A DNA stretch of 64,000 nt from a bacterium (lineage in GTDB: Bacteria; Electryoneota; Electryoneia; Electryoneales; Electryoneaceae): the NCBI GenBank assembly GCA_963675295.2, contig CAXXKJ010000002.1:96001-160000 (forward strand), in the 5' to 3' direction. The translations under genes were made by a program, and so were the position numbers. The notes under the pieces are model-generated. The model was not told the origin of the DNA. It saw only the letters and a program-made list of their open reading frames with translations, and did not search any database. Shown here in pieces: positions 29,060 through 38,594 of this stretch. Positions within the stretch are counted from its first letter, which is position 1. The number at the start of each line of letters is the position of its first letter.

Positions 29060-31540
29060 TTAACGGACCAGCATCAGCTTGCGCACCTGCGGCGTCTGGC
29101 CGAGGGCGGTCGCACGCACGAAGTACATGCCGGACGCGTGGTTCTGCGCGTTCCAGTTGAGGCGGTGCGTACCCGGCTGATACGTACCGTTGGCCAGGGT
29201 GGCCACGAGACGACCGGTCACGTCGAAGATCTGCACCTTCATCTCGCCGGCTTCCGGCAACGTCATCTGCAGCGTGGTCGACGCGTTGAACGGGTTCGGG
29301 CTGGCGAACAGGCCGAAGTCGGATTCCACCGGCTTGTTGCTGTCAGCCATCAGCACCTCTTCCGCCGCCTTGGAACCGGCGATGCTGGTAGCGAAGTCTG
29401 CGACCTGGTTTTCGATCCAGAACACGCCGCCATCCACATCATCCTGACCGACGACGAAGTCCATGTCGCCGTCACCGTCCATGTCGGCCGTGGTGACAAC
29501 ATTGGCGAGGCCGATGTTGCGCGCGACCGGGGACTGGGTGAAGCTACCAGTACCGTCGTTGTTCAGCACATACAGACCCATCGGGTCGCTCCACAGCACG
29601 ACCGGATCATTGTCGCCGTCAAGATCGATGTCGGCGTAGCTGTGATCGAGGTGGCTGCTCGGTACGTTCAGGTGGAAAATGGTGTAGCCCGGATCGTTGT
29701 TCCGGTACCAGTTGAACTCATCGTCGAAACCAGTCAGCAGGTCGAGGTTATCGTCACCGCTGAGTTCCACGAAGAAACCTTCGCTCATGATGTGATCGTC
29801 GAGGGCAAAGTTGTTAAAGCCGCCGACACCGTCATTGACCATCAGTGTAAGGTACCGGCTCGGACCGTTCGCACGGCTGTTCAGCAGGTCCGGGAGGCCG
29901 TCACCGTTGAAGTCGCCGGCCTTGATCAGCGCGACCGTCGTCTGGGCGTATTCCGCGATTTCGTAGCGAACGAGGTTCGTCGGGGTCACCTGCTCGAACC
30001 AGTCGAAGCCGAGGTCGTAGCCAACGATGATGTCGTTGAGGCCGTCGCCGCTGAGGTCGGAAAACTCGAGCAGTTCCGGTGCGACGATCGACGCGAGCAC
30101 GATGCGCTCGAACGCGAGGCTGCCGGTCTGACGCCAGAACACCAGCTCGTCGACGGAATAGTCGGCGGCGATGATGTCCATCAGGCCATCATCATCCCAG
30201 TCGTTCAGCAGGAAGTCCGGGGTCGGCTGACCCATCACGAGGTCGTGCGACATCCAGCCATCGATACCCATGTTCTCCAACAGGTAGAAGTTGTCTTCCA
30301 TCGTGGAGATGCAGATGTCCATGTCGCCATCGCTGTCCATGTCGGCCGCTTCGATTTCACGCGCGGTACCGACCATGCCCATCACGCTCTTGGTGATGAA
30401 CGGCTTCAGCGAGGTGGTGTAGTACATGTGCAGACCCGCATCCGGGGTCGCAACGACGAGGTCGAGGTCGTCGTCCATGTCGGCATCCAGCAGCTCGATG
30501 TCGACCGGGGTACCGGTGACATTCGCGACATCGGAACGCTCGAACTGGTAGCTGCCACGGTTTTCGAACCCGACGATCGCGGCATCCGCCGTCGAGATCA
30601 TCATCAGGTCGTCGTCACCGTCGAAGTCCACGTCAGCCGCGCGGATTTCGTTGATGTTGTAGAGGTTGTCGTCAAGGGTAACCTCCACGAAACTACTGGC
30701 ACCCTGCACGATCAGCATCACGCGGCCGCTGTCCGGCATGCTGGCGACCATGTCGTAGTCACCGTCATTGTCAGCGTCGAGCAGCGCGATCGCACCAATG
30801 GATCCACCCGGGACAAAGATCGGCTGCCAGGTGAACGTGCCGGTGCCATCGTTGACCATCATGCGGACGCCACCGCGCCAGCTATTGGCCACCATCACGT
30901 CGAGGTCGCCGTCCATGTCGATGTCGGCCACTTCGATATCTTCCGGGTCGTTACCAGCCTGCACCGGATACTCGTGGAGGATCCAGTTGTCACCGTCACG
31001 TTCCGCGAAGTACACCACGTCGGTTTCACGGCGGCTGAAGACTGCGTCCGCATCGCCGTCACCGTCGAAGTCGCCACCGGCGATATCGTGGATACCGGAC
31101 ACGCCGCTGGTGATCAGGTCGCCGGCCGGGGAATCGGTACCGTCATTCTCGTACCAGCCCGCGCTGTTGAGGACGATGTTGCCGACGAGCATGTCGTCGT
31201 CATCGTCGCCGTCCATGTCGAACGCATCAATCACGAAACCACCGTGCGGGCGGAACGCGCCGAGCAGCGGCATCGGGTCAAACATGTCCATGTCAGCGTC
31301 ATACGTCCAGAACGCCGGGATGCTGCGCTGCTGACCCGGAACGTCGTTGGAGTAAATCATCGTGGCGAGGTCCATATAGTAGTCGCCATTCACGTCCGCG
31401 ACTTCCACCGCCGAGTAATTCAGAGTGTTGTCAAGGATTTCGGCGTCACTCCAGCCACCGAAGTTCTGAGCCATGGCGGGCACACACACCAAGCCCAGGG
31501 CAAAGATCATTGCCACAACAACCTGGGCACGAATCGACAT
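29060..31540 (-). CDS. FG-GAP/VCBS repeat protein with T9SS-type C-terminal domain
   Basis: Signal peptide; many D-x-D-G-D-x-D repeats; SPNPFNASTT...SGMYFV...RKLMLVR. Confidence 0.88.
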   Translation of the reverse strand: MSIRAQVVVAMIFALGLVCVPAMAQNFGGWSDAEILDNTLNYSAVEVADVNGDYYMDLATMIYSNDVPGQQRSIPAFWTYDADMDMFDPMPLLGAFRPHGGFVIDAFDMDGDDDDDMLVGNIVLNSAGWYENDGTDSPAGDLITSGVSGIHDIAGGDFDGDGDADAVFSRRETDVVYFAERDGDNWILHEYPVQAGNDPEDIEVADIDMDGDLDVMVANSWRGGVRMMVNDGTGTFTWQPIFVPGGSIGAIALLDADNDGDYDMVASMPDSGRVMLIVQGASSFVEVTLDDNLYNINEIRAADVDFDGDDDLMMISTADAAIVGFENRGSYQFERSDVANVTGTPVDIELLDADMDDDLDLVVATPDAGLHMYYTTSLKPFITKSVMGMVGTAREIEAADMDSDGDMDICISTMEDNFYLLENMGIDGWMSHDLVMGQPTPDFLLNDWDDDGLMDIIAADYSVDELVFWRQTGSLAFERIVLASIVAPELLEFSDLSGDGLNDIIVGYDLGFDWFEQVTPTNLVRYEIAEYAQTTVALIKAGDFNGDGLPDLLNSRANGPSRYLTLMVNDGVGGFNNFALDDHIMSEGFFVELSGDDNLDLLTGFDDEFNWYRNNDPGYTIFHLNVPSSHLDHSYADIDLDGDNDPVVLWSDPMGLYVLNNDGTGSFTQSPVARNIGLANVVTTADMDGDGDMDFVVGQDDVDGGVFWIENQVADFATSIAGSKAAEEVLMADSNKPVESDFGLFASPNPFNASTTLQMTLPEAGEMKVQIFDVTGRLVATLANGTYQPGTHRLNWNAQNHASGMYFVRATALGQTPQVRKLMLVR

Positions 31541-31918
31541 CGTTACTTCCTCCCGTTTACTATGGTGAGGTTCACCGGATTATCTCGAAAATTCTTCCTG
31601 TTAAACGAGCAAGTTTGTGTTTTTCGTAAAGCACTTGAGTGATCCCGCGCACAATTCCCCCTCGACCGCTCCGAGGCAGTCTCACAGCGGTTCAATCCGG
31701 GAAATCACTCACAGGACACGAAACTCCACCGCCAACCTCTCGGTGGAGAATCTCTCTCACACCCGATAATGTACGTTCGAAGTATGAACTTTGTTAGGAA
31801 AAGCCAATGAACACGCGGCTGAGAGAATGTTCCGCACCCATTGCCTCACAGCCGTTGCCGTGCGCATCGCGTCAATCTAAGGAAATCGCGGGAGGTTGAA
31901 AAAGCCTTAAATCCGATT

Positions 31919-32584
31919 CTACAGGTACCCGAGCTTCCGCAATCGTTCGCGGAGCAACTCGTCGTCTCCGTTGGTCGCAGCGGTCAAGGGAGGAATCCAA
32001 CCGGCTTTCGCCAGGGCATCAAACAGGGGGGCAAGATCCCAATGCTCAGAGGTGGGATTGTCGGTATCCTGGCTAACAGTATCAGAATCAGTCGTTTCGC
32101 CGGAACGATCCGGCGGCGTCTCGCTGTCTTTCGTTGAGTGCGACGAGTCCGGCTCCACCGGCGCCGACATTGGCGGATCGGGAGCCGTTGTGCTGTCACT
32201 TCCTTCGCCGGGACGGAGCACGAGGAACGGTCCCTTCCCGCTCACAGTCTCCCCGTCTCGCACGAAGACCACGTCCAGCAACCGTTCCGGCTTGCGTTTC
32301 TTCCACGCAAACTCGTGCGCGGAGCTGCGGGAGCCGTGCACCAGGCAGGCGACACCGTGCCGGGTCAACGCGTCCGCCGTCATCGCGATCGCCAACGTCA
32401 ACCCCTGGCCGGAGATTTTGCCACGGTAGGTCGCCCGGGCCAGCGCAGCGGCGTCGATTGGCTCCACCGGCACGCCACGTCGGCTCAGTTCCAGCGCAAT
32501 CTGCGGCACGATCGCGGAGTAGTCGAGTGCCTTCCCCGCCGTGCGCAACCACAGGGTGAAACCGGATGCGGTCGCGGCACTCAT
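31919..32584 (-). CDS. Degenerate adenylyl-sulfate kinase (CysC)-like protein
   Basis: SGFTLWL...ELSRRGVPVEPID and C-terminal ERLRKLGYL resemble CysC, but the GxxGxGK(S/T) loop is absent; TGATG-coupled to hbd. Confidence 0.55.
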   Translation of the reverse strand: MSAATASGFTLWLRTAGKALDYSAIVPQIALELSRRGVPVEPIDAAALARATYRGKISGQGLTLAIAMTADALTRHGVACLVHGSRSSAHEFAWKKRKPERLLDVVFVRDGETVSGKGPFLVLRPGEGSDSTTAPDPPMSAPVEPDSSHSTKDSETPPDRSGETTDSDTVSQDTDNPTSEHWDLAPLFDALAKAGWIPPLTAATNGDDELLRERLRKLGYL

Positions 32585-33549
32585 CAGACGAGACTCTCGC
32601 CGCCGAGAACCTGCCGTCCGGACTCATCATACTTGAAGAAACCCTGGCCGGTTTTCACGCCGAGGTGGCCGGCACGGACCAGCTTGCGCAGCAACGGGCA
32701 CGGGCGGTATTTCTGCTCGCCGGTTTCCCGGAACATCGCTTCCAGCCACGAATGGACTTCGTCCAGCCCCATCTGGTCGGCGAGGTGCAGCGGACCCTGC
32801 ACGAAGTTGTAGCCGAGACGGATCGCGGTATCAATGCCTTCCGCGCTGGCGACGCCTTCCATCAAGGTGTGCATCGCCTCGTTCAGCATCGGCAGAATCA
32901 CGCGAGTGGTGACATATCCCGGCGACTCGTAGACTTCGACCACGGTCTTACCGATACTCTCGGCGAAGCTCTTCGTGAATCGGAAGGTGGCGTCGCTGGT
33001 CTGCAGGCCGCGCACAATTTCCACCATGTGACGTTTCTGTACCGGGTGGAGGAAGTGCATGCCGATGAACTTTTCCGGGCGGATGGTTAATTCTGCCAGT
33101 TCCGTCACCGACAGCACGGAAGTGTTGGTCACAAACACGGCGTCCCGGCTGGCCATCGTGTCCAGCTGCTTGAACAGACTGGTTTTCGGCTCGATCTGAT
33201 CGGGGACCGCTTCGATGATCAGGCGGTAGCCTTCCAGCTCATCGAGGTTGGACGTTCCCTTGATCCGGCTCAGCACCGCGCGTTTATCTGATTCGGTCAT
33301 CCCCCAGCGCGCGATTTCCCGGTCGAGGTTGATGGCAAGTTGTTTCAGAGACGCGTCCAGGCTGACATCGTCCTTTTCCAGCAACAGGACTTCGAGCCCT
33401 TTCGCCGAGACCGCCTGCGCGATGCCGAGGCCCATGGTGCCGGCGCCAATGACGGCGATCCGGGTCAGTTGTTCTTCGTTTTCGCCTTCGGCCGGTTCCA
33501 ACGCGCCCTTGCTGCGTTCGAGAATGGATTGCAGTGTTTCGTCTGCCAT
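32584..33549 (-). CDS. hbd: 3-hydroxybutyryl-CoA dehydrogenase
   Basis: VIGAGTMGLGIAQ, IEAVP, TNTS, GMHF and GHLGVKTGQGF motifs. Confidence 0.92.
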   Translation of the reverse strand: MADETLQSILERSKGALEPAEGENEEQLTRIAVIGAGTMGLGIAQAVSAKGLEVLLLEKDDVSLDASLKQLAINLDREIARWGMTESDKRAVLSRIKGTSNLDELEGYRLIIEAVPDQIEPKTSLFKQLDTMASRDAVFVTNTSVLSVTELAELTIRPEKFIGMHFLHPVQKRHMVEIVRGLQTSDATFRFTKSFAESIGKTVVEVYESPGYVTTRVILPMLNEAMHTLMEGVASAEGIDTAIRLGYNFVQGPLHLADQMGLDEVHSWLEAMFRETGEQKYRPCPLLRKLVRAGHLGVKTGQGFFKYDESGRQVLGGESLV

Positions 33550-33898
33550 GGTACTTCCTGTGTTGCTGCGCACGGTTGGTGCGCCGGGATTCACCCTGAC
33601 TGAGTGTCGTTTCGCATCCGCATCGGAGCGGATGCCTCGGTTCCGCCAAAAGTAACGAAGCCGGTGGCTTCGTCGCGTGGATACCGGAATCACGTTCGCC
33701 GCCGGGGGATGGGGCAATGGCGCGATCCGTTTTTTCCAGTCAACCCTTTGTGAAAGACAGAACACAGGGAAGGTACGACGCGCAGGCTTCGCTGAACACC
33801 TCCGGGCTCCGGGGTGCTGATCAATTCTGGACGAGAAATGCCACGGACTCAATCGGCCGTGGCATTGAATCGTACTCACGTATAAATATGCGACATGC

Positions 33899-34018
33899 CC
33901 CAGACATAAATGTCTGGGATCATCGCAAGGCTCTTGTACGGGATCATGCCCCAGACATTGATGTCTGGGGTCATCGCAAGTTTCCAGTCCCGGGTCAACC
34001 CAGACATAAATGTCTGGG
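33899..34018. repeat. Cluster of three REP-like palindromes
   Basis: CCCAGACATNNATGTCTGGG at 33899, 33950 and 33999. Confidence 0.85.
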
Positions 34019-34082
34019 GCACATCTCAACCGTTGACCGGAGTCCGCAGGCCATTGCCCGCGATCCCAGCCCCGAGCCTGAC

Positions 34083-34505
34083 TTACTTCTGTTCGATCAG
34101 TTCCATCTCGCTGAAGTACTTGCTGATCTCGAGGATACCGTTCTCGACGGAGTCGCTGCCGTGGACGGTATTTTCGCCCTTGCTGCGCGCGTACAGTTTG
34201 CGGATCGTGCCCTCGTCCGCCTCGGCCGGATCGGTCGCGCCGATGACGGTCCGCCAGTGGTTGATGGCGTTGTCACGCTCGAGTGCGATCAGCACCACCG
34301 GGCCGCTGGACATGAACTCGCACAGTTCGCCGAAGAACGGGCGTTCCTTGTGGACAGCATAGAAATCTTCCGCGACGGCCTTGCTCAGGCGCGCGCGTTT
34401 CATGCCGAGGATGGTGAAGCCTTCCTGCTCGATGCGGTCGATCACCTTGCCGACGACCTTGCTCTGCACGCCGTCCGGCTTGATGATGCACAGTGTACGT
34501 TCCAT
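34083..34505 (-). CDS. ndk: Nucleoside diphosphate kinase
   Basis: [22 protein letters not shown] and NTVHGSDS motifs. Confidence 0.97.
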   Translation of the reverse strand: MERTLCIIKPDGVQSKVVGKVIDRIEQEGFTILGMKRARLSKAVAEDFYAVHKERPFFGELCEFMSSGPVVLIALERDNAINHWRTVIGATDPAEADEGTIRKLYARSKGENTVHGSDSVENGILEISKYFSEMELIEQK

Positions 34506-34684
34506 GAATCCTGTTCCTGTTCGTATGGTTGTATCGTTAACGGTAAATCGCGTAACGTTCGTCCTGAAACGGACTTACCTCCGCCGAAATCTAGTTCTGC
34601 GACGGAGATGGCAAAAACGGGGACCGGAGTCCGGCCCCCGCGGATCTTACTTTTCACACTGTTGGCAGCTACGGCAAACCTGGT

Positions 34685-35206
34685 TTACTTCATCAGGTCC
34701 TTGACATCCTTCGCCGTCGCCTGCGTCGCGAACCGGACCGCGGACTGCACGTCCACCGTCGCGCCCTGCGACACCGACCAGTCGGTCGACTTGGCGCTGC
34801 CCTCTTCCCACAGGAAGCCGTCCGCCGCACGGATCAACTGGTAGCTGATGCGGGCATCGGTGCTCTGCGAAATGTCGCTCGCGCCTTGCTGGAAGGTGAC
34901 CGTCGCATTCAGCTTGACCAGCTTCGTCTCATCCATCGCGGTCGTCTGCAGTTCCCGCTGGCTGATGAATTTGACACCCTGATCGCGGAACGCCATCTCG
35001 AAATCGTTGACGATCATTTCCTTCAGGTCGGCCGTGCTCACCTGCGCAACACCCTGGGTGTAGGCCACGATATCCCCGACCACGACATGCGTCGGCATGT
35101 AGCCTTCTTCGGTGCGTTGCATCTTGCTGCCGGCGGCGCAGCCACCGATCACAAGCATCACGGCCAGCAGAACGACCAACGGGAAAACCGTCTTCGCCTG
35201 TTTCAT
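34685..35206 (-). CDS. Hypothetical lipoprotein
   Basis: Lipobox IGGC; GGAGGGG RBS. Confidence 0.75.
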   Translation of the reverse strand: MKQAKTVFPLVVLLAVMLVIGGCAAGSKMQRTEEGYMPTHVVVGDIVAYTQGVAQVSTADLKEMIVNDFEMAFRDQGVKFISQRELQTTAMDETKLVKLNATVTFQQGASDISQSTDARISYQLIRAADGFLWEEGSAKSTDWSVSQGATVDVQSAVRFATQATAKDVKDLMK

Positions 35207-35315
35207 CCTCGTCCCCCTCCATGTTGGTGGTTTGGGCGAAATTAGGCCGTGCGGGTGTTTGGATCAAGCCGCTCTCCGGTTCAAGGCCGCGAGGCCGTGA
35301 CCCCAGATAGCCTCA

Positions 35316-35423
35316 ACCACGGATGGATTGAACCACGGAATACACGGACGACACGGAAACTAAGGAAGCCGATGCCCCAACTTTAGGGTGATGATCCAGA
35401 TGCCCACGACATTCATGTCGTGG
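35316..35423. repeat. CACGGA-containing short repeats plus a REP-like palindrome
   Basis: CCACGGATG/CCACGGAAT/ACACGGACG/ACACGGAAA; CCACGACATTCATGTCGTGG at 35404-35423. Confidence 0.6.
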
Positions 35424-35574
35424 CTGAAGGATATGGCTGATCGACGTCTTGCGATTTGACAACAAGGACGATCCGGGTGGCGCATCCGGGGTTGACGGCG
35501 TACCTTACTGTGACTGAACTGAGAGCGACAAATCGAACCGTACTAATTCAACCCACTCCGCCTGGAGAGACGCA

Positions 35575-37359
35575 ATGAAATCCAATCTGCCGCTGCTCGT
35601 CTGCTGTCTCGTCCTGCTGCTGACCGCCTCGCCCGCATTCGCCACCACCCATCATGTTCCGGCGGATTTCACCACCATCCAGTCCGGTCTGGATGCGTCC
35701 GCGCAAGGTGACACCGTCCTCGTGCAACCCGGCACCTACGTCGAGAACATCGTCTGGCCGCAAATCAACGGCATCAAGCTGATTGCAGCGGGTAATTTTG
35801 CGAACACGATCATCCGCGCGAATACCAACGCACGTGCCATCGCAATCAGCAGCAACGGGTTGATCGATACGGAAACACAAATCTGCGGCTTCACCATCAA
35901 AGAGGGTTCGAACGTCAGTCACGGCGCGGGGATCTACTGCGATGGATCCAGCCCCACGATTGTGTCATGCAAGATCACGGAGAATTCAACGGGATATACC
36001 GCTTACAGCAGCGGGGCTGGGCTTTACTGTGGATCTGACACTCATCACCTGATTCTGGATTGCGTGTTCCAGAACAACCAGGCGGGCGAGTCGGGCATGC
36101 ACGGAATGGGCGGAGGGATCTACTGTGCCTCCTCCTCAAATCCAACGATTGTCAACTGTTCATTTTACGGCAACAGCGCGGATGATGGTGGGGCGGTCTT
36201 TTACGGAGGCGAATCCAACCCGGAACTGCAGGATTGCAATTTCCAGGGAAACTTTGCTGAAAACGGTGGCGCAATTTACACGGTGAACCAATTTGGCACC
36301 GAAATCGTCGGCTGCACATTCGTGGCAAATCACGCAGGCGACGGCGGAGCGATCTACTGTTTTCAGTTTGGCCCTGCGATCATCAACTGCCAGTTTTCGT
36401 GGAACCATGCCGATCATGGTGGTGCCTTGTGTTTATTTGGATCTACGGAAGGAATTACGGACTGTACCTTCACCAACAACACCGCACAGCATCTTGGCGG
36501 CGGTATCGACATTTACGGTCCAGCAACAATCCGCAGGTGTGTCATCGCGGAGAATCAAGGTTCGCATGGCGGCGGAATCGCGCTACACGCTTCCGATACA
36601 CATATCGATTTCTGTACCATCCGCTACAACGAAGCCACGGGGGATAACGGTCTCGGTGCCGGGATCTATTTCTGGAACGATTCTCAGCATGGTTCTCGTC
36701 CGATACTCAGCAACAGCATCGTGTCAAATAACGACGGCGAAGGCGTTTATAGCAACGACAGCAGCACCTCGTTCGATCCGATGATCCGGTACTGCGATTT
36801 CCACGACAATGGTGACTTCGACTTTGCCGGATCAGGAATTGACTCAACCTGGGGTTTGTTGACCGGTGTCAACGCGAACGGCGATTCCTGCGACGTCTAC
36901 AACAACATCTTTCTCGATCCGCTGTACGTTGATCCGGATAACTACGATTTTCACCTGCAATCCGGTTCCCCCTGCATTGACGCCGGCGATCCTGACAGCC
37001 CGCTCGACCCGGACGATACCATCGCCGATATCGGCGCGTTCTACTTTGATCACAACGTCGGCGTGCTGGAGCATGAATCCACCACCCAACCAACGAAATG
37101 GGCCTTGCTCCCCGCCTATCCCAACCCGTTCAACGCGTCAACCACCATCCGTGTCACGCTGGCGCAACCATCCTCCCTCGATGTGCGTGTGATCAACACG
37201 GCTGGCCAGATTGTAGCCGATCTTGCGCACGGCCGCTACGCTTCCGGCGTGCACGAGTTCAGCTTCGACGCGTCCGCTCTTGCCAGCGGGATGTACTTTG
37301 TCCACGCCCGCGTGCCGGGCCGATTGAACACGACACGCAAGATGCTGCTGCTGCGTTGA
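35575..37359 (+). CDS. Right-handed beta-helix protein with T9SS-type C-terminal domain
   Basis: Signal peptide; VPADFTTIQ...GDTVLVQPGTY; F-x-x-N...GGAIY repeats; SPCIDAGDP; YPNPFNAS tail. Confidence 0.88.
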   Translation: MKSNLPLLVCCLVLLLTASPAFATTHHVPADFTTIQSGLDASAQGDTVLVQPGTYVENIVWPQINGIKLIAAGNFANTIIRANTNARAIAISSNGLIDTETQICGFTIKEGSNVSHGAGIYCDGSSPTIVSCKITENSTGYTAYSSGAGLYCGSDTHHLILDCVFQNNQAGESGMHGMGGGIYCASSSNPTIVNCSFYGNSADDGGAVFYGGESNPELQDCNFQGNFAENGGAIYTVNQFGTEIVGCTFVANHAGDGGAIYCFQFGPAIINCQFSWNHADHGGALCLFGSTEGITDCTFTNNTAQHLGGGIDIYGPATIRRCVIAENQGSHGGGIALHASDTHIDFCTIRYNEATGDNGLGAGIYFWNDSQHGSRPILSNSIVSNNDGEGVYSNDSSTSFDPMIRYCDFHDNGDFDFAGSGIDSTWGLLTGVNANGDSCDVYNNIFLDPLYVDPDNYDFHLQSGSPCIDAGDPDSPLDPDDTIADIGAFYFDHNVGVLEHESTTQPTKWALLPAYPNPFNASTTIRVTLAQPSSLDVRVINTAGQIVADLAHGRYASGVHEFSFDASALASGMYFVHARVPGRLNTTRKMLLLR

Positions 37360-37486
37360 GCCGACCGGTCAACGTCGCGCCGAATGGCGGGAACTGTTGC
37401 CCACACAACGGCCACATCGTTTTAACTATCAGCAAACATGGACCGCTATCTTCCGTGTCTGTTTTGCAACTTTTTGCGGACTTTGC

Positions 37487-38293
37487 ATGAATGATGACAC
37501 CTTGACCTGGCTGTTCGCGTGGTTTGACGAGTACAGCGAACCCTACCGCCGCAGCGGCAACTCCACCCTCGCGAAGACCAGTGAGCTGAAGTATGAGCAC
37601 ACGTTGCATGTGGTCGACGAGATGGACCGTCTCACCTCCGCGCTCGGACTCGAGGACAACGAACGCCGGCTCGCACGGGTGATCGCCCTGTTCCACGATG
37701 TCGGCCGTTTCGAGCAGTTCAAGCGGTACAACACGCTGCTCGACCGCGTATCGGTGGACCATTCGGTGCTCGGGGTCGAGGTGCTGCGTGAGCATGACGT
37801 GCTGCGGAACCTGCCGGAAAATCGTGTCGAGCTGATCGAATCGAGCATCCTCGCGCACAACAAGCTGCGTATCCCGGACGAGTACCTCGGTGACCGGTTG
37901 CGGTTCGCGAAGATGATCCGGGACGCGGACAAGCTGGACATTTTGCGCGTCTTCGTGGACGTTGACAAGAACAACGACGAGGAGATGCTGCAGAAGGCGT
38001 ACATCGAGCTGGACAATTCGGACACGGTCAACGACGCCATCGAAGGCCATTTCGAACGGCGCGAGCTGGTGCTGATCGAGAAGCTGCGCAGCCGTCACGA
38101 CATGCGGCTGATGATGCTGTCGTGGGTGTTTGACCTGAATTTCGCGCACAGCCTGCGCCGTTTCCGTGACCGTGGCGATGCCGATTACCTGATGTTCCAG
38201 CTGCCGGAGGTGCCGATGGTTCGGCGGGTACGGCACATCATCCATGAGGTGCTGACCGATCCCGACCGCGCGTTGGCTGAACGAGCGGCGTGA
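37487..38293 (+). CDS. HD domain phosphohydrolase
   Basis: KYEHT, FHDVGRFEQ, DH, HN and RDADKLD motifs. Confidence 0.88.
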   Translation: MNDDTLTWLFAWFDEYSEPYRRSGNSTLAKTSELKYEHTLHVVDEMDRLTSALGLEDNERRLARVIALFHDVGRFEQFKRYNTLLDRVSVDHSVLGVEVLREHDVLRNLPENRVELIESSILAHNKLRIPDEYLGDRLRFAKMIRDADKLDILRVFVDVDKNNDEEMLQKAYIELDNSDTVNDAIEGHFERRELVLIEKLRSRHDMRLMMLSWVFDLNFAHSLRRFRDRGDADYLMFQLPEVPMVRRVRHIIHEVLTDPDRALAERAA

Positions 38294-38295
38294 AG

Positions 38296-38369
38296 ATCGG
38301 TAATCGGTAATCGGTAATCGGTAATCGGTAATCGGTAATCGGTAATCGGTAATCGGTAATCGGTAATCG
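38296..38369. repeat. Perfect heptamer tandem repeat (ATCGGTA)x10 plus ATCG
   Basis: Directly visible, starting 3 bp after the HD gene stop. Confidence 0.97.
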
Positions 38370-38448
38370 AAAAATAAAAACAGGCCCGTGTTTGCTTGCA
38401 AGCGCGGGTTTGTCACATGTGGCGATGTTGCTCTTTTTTACTGGAAAT

Positions 38449-38594
38449 CGGGGACACTTACTCCGTTAAGTGTCCCCGTTGCTCTCTTCTATTTCGTACT
38501 TCTACCTACTCCGTACTTCTTTCTGATTCCGCACTTCTTTTATGTCTTTTCCTGTCTTTTACTTCTTTTGCTTCTCCTGCGTCCGTTGCGTCTC
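38449..38594. repeat. GGGGACACTT palindrome plus degenerate 9-mer repeats downstream of a cargo gene
   Basis: Palindrome at 38449-38478; minus-strand GACGCAACG/GACGCAGGA/GAAGCAAAA/GAAGTAAAA units. Confidence 0.65.

Noticed and set aside
28934-31642. 902-aa plus-strand ORF, and similar long antisense ORFs at 8035-9570, 12208-13770, 14776-16143 and 42634-44325
   Set aside because: Shadow frames of well-supported opposite-strand genes in high-GC DNA; no motifs.
33895-34022. Three regularly spaced palindromes as a CRISPR array
   Set aside because: Only three imperfect units in mixed orientation, no cas genes, and the same motif is dispersed elsewhere like a REP.
37259-38416. ORF with YRLPITD repeats
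   Set aside because: It is the translation of the heptamer tract plus the antisense of the HD gene.
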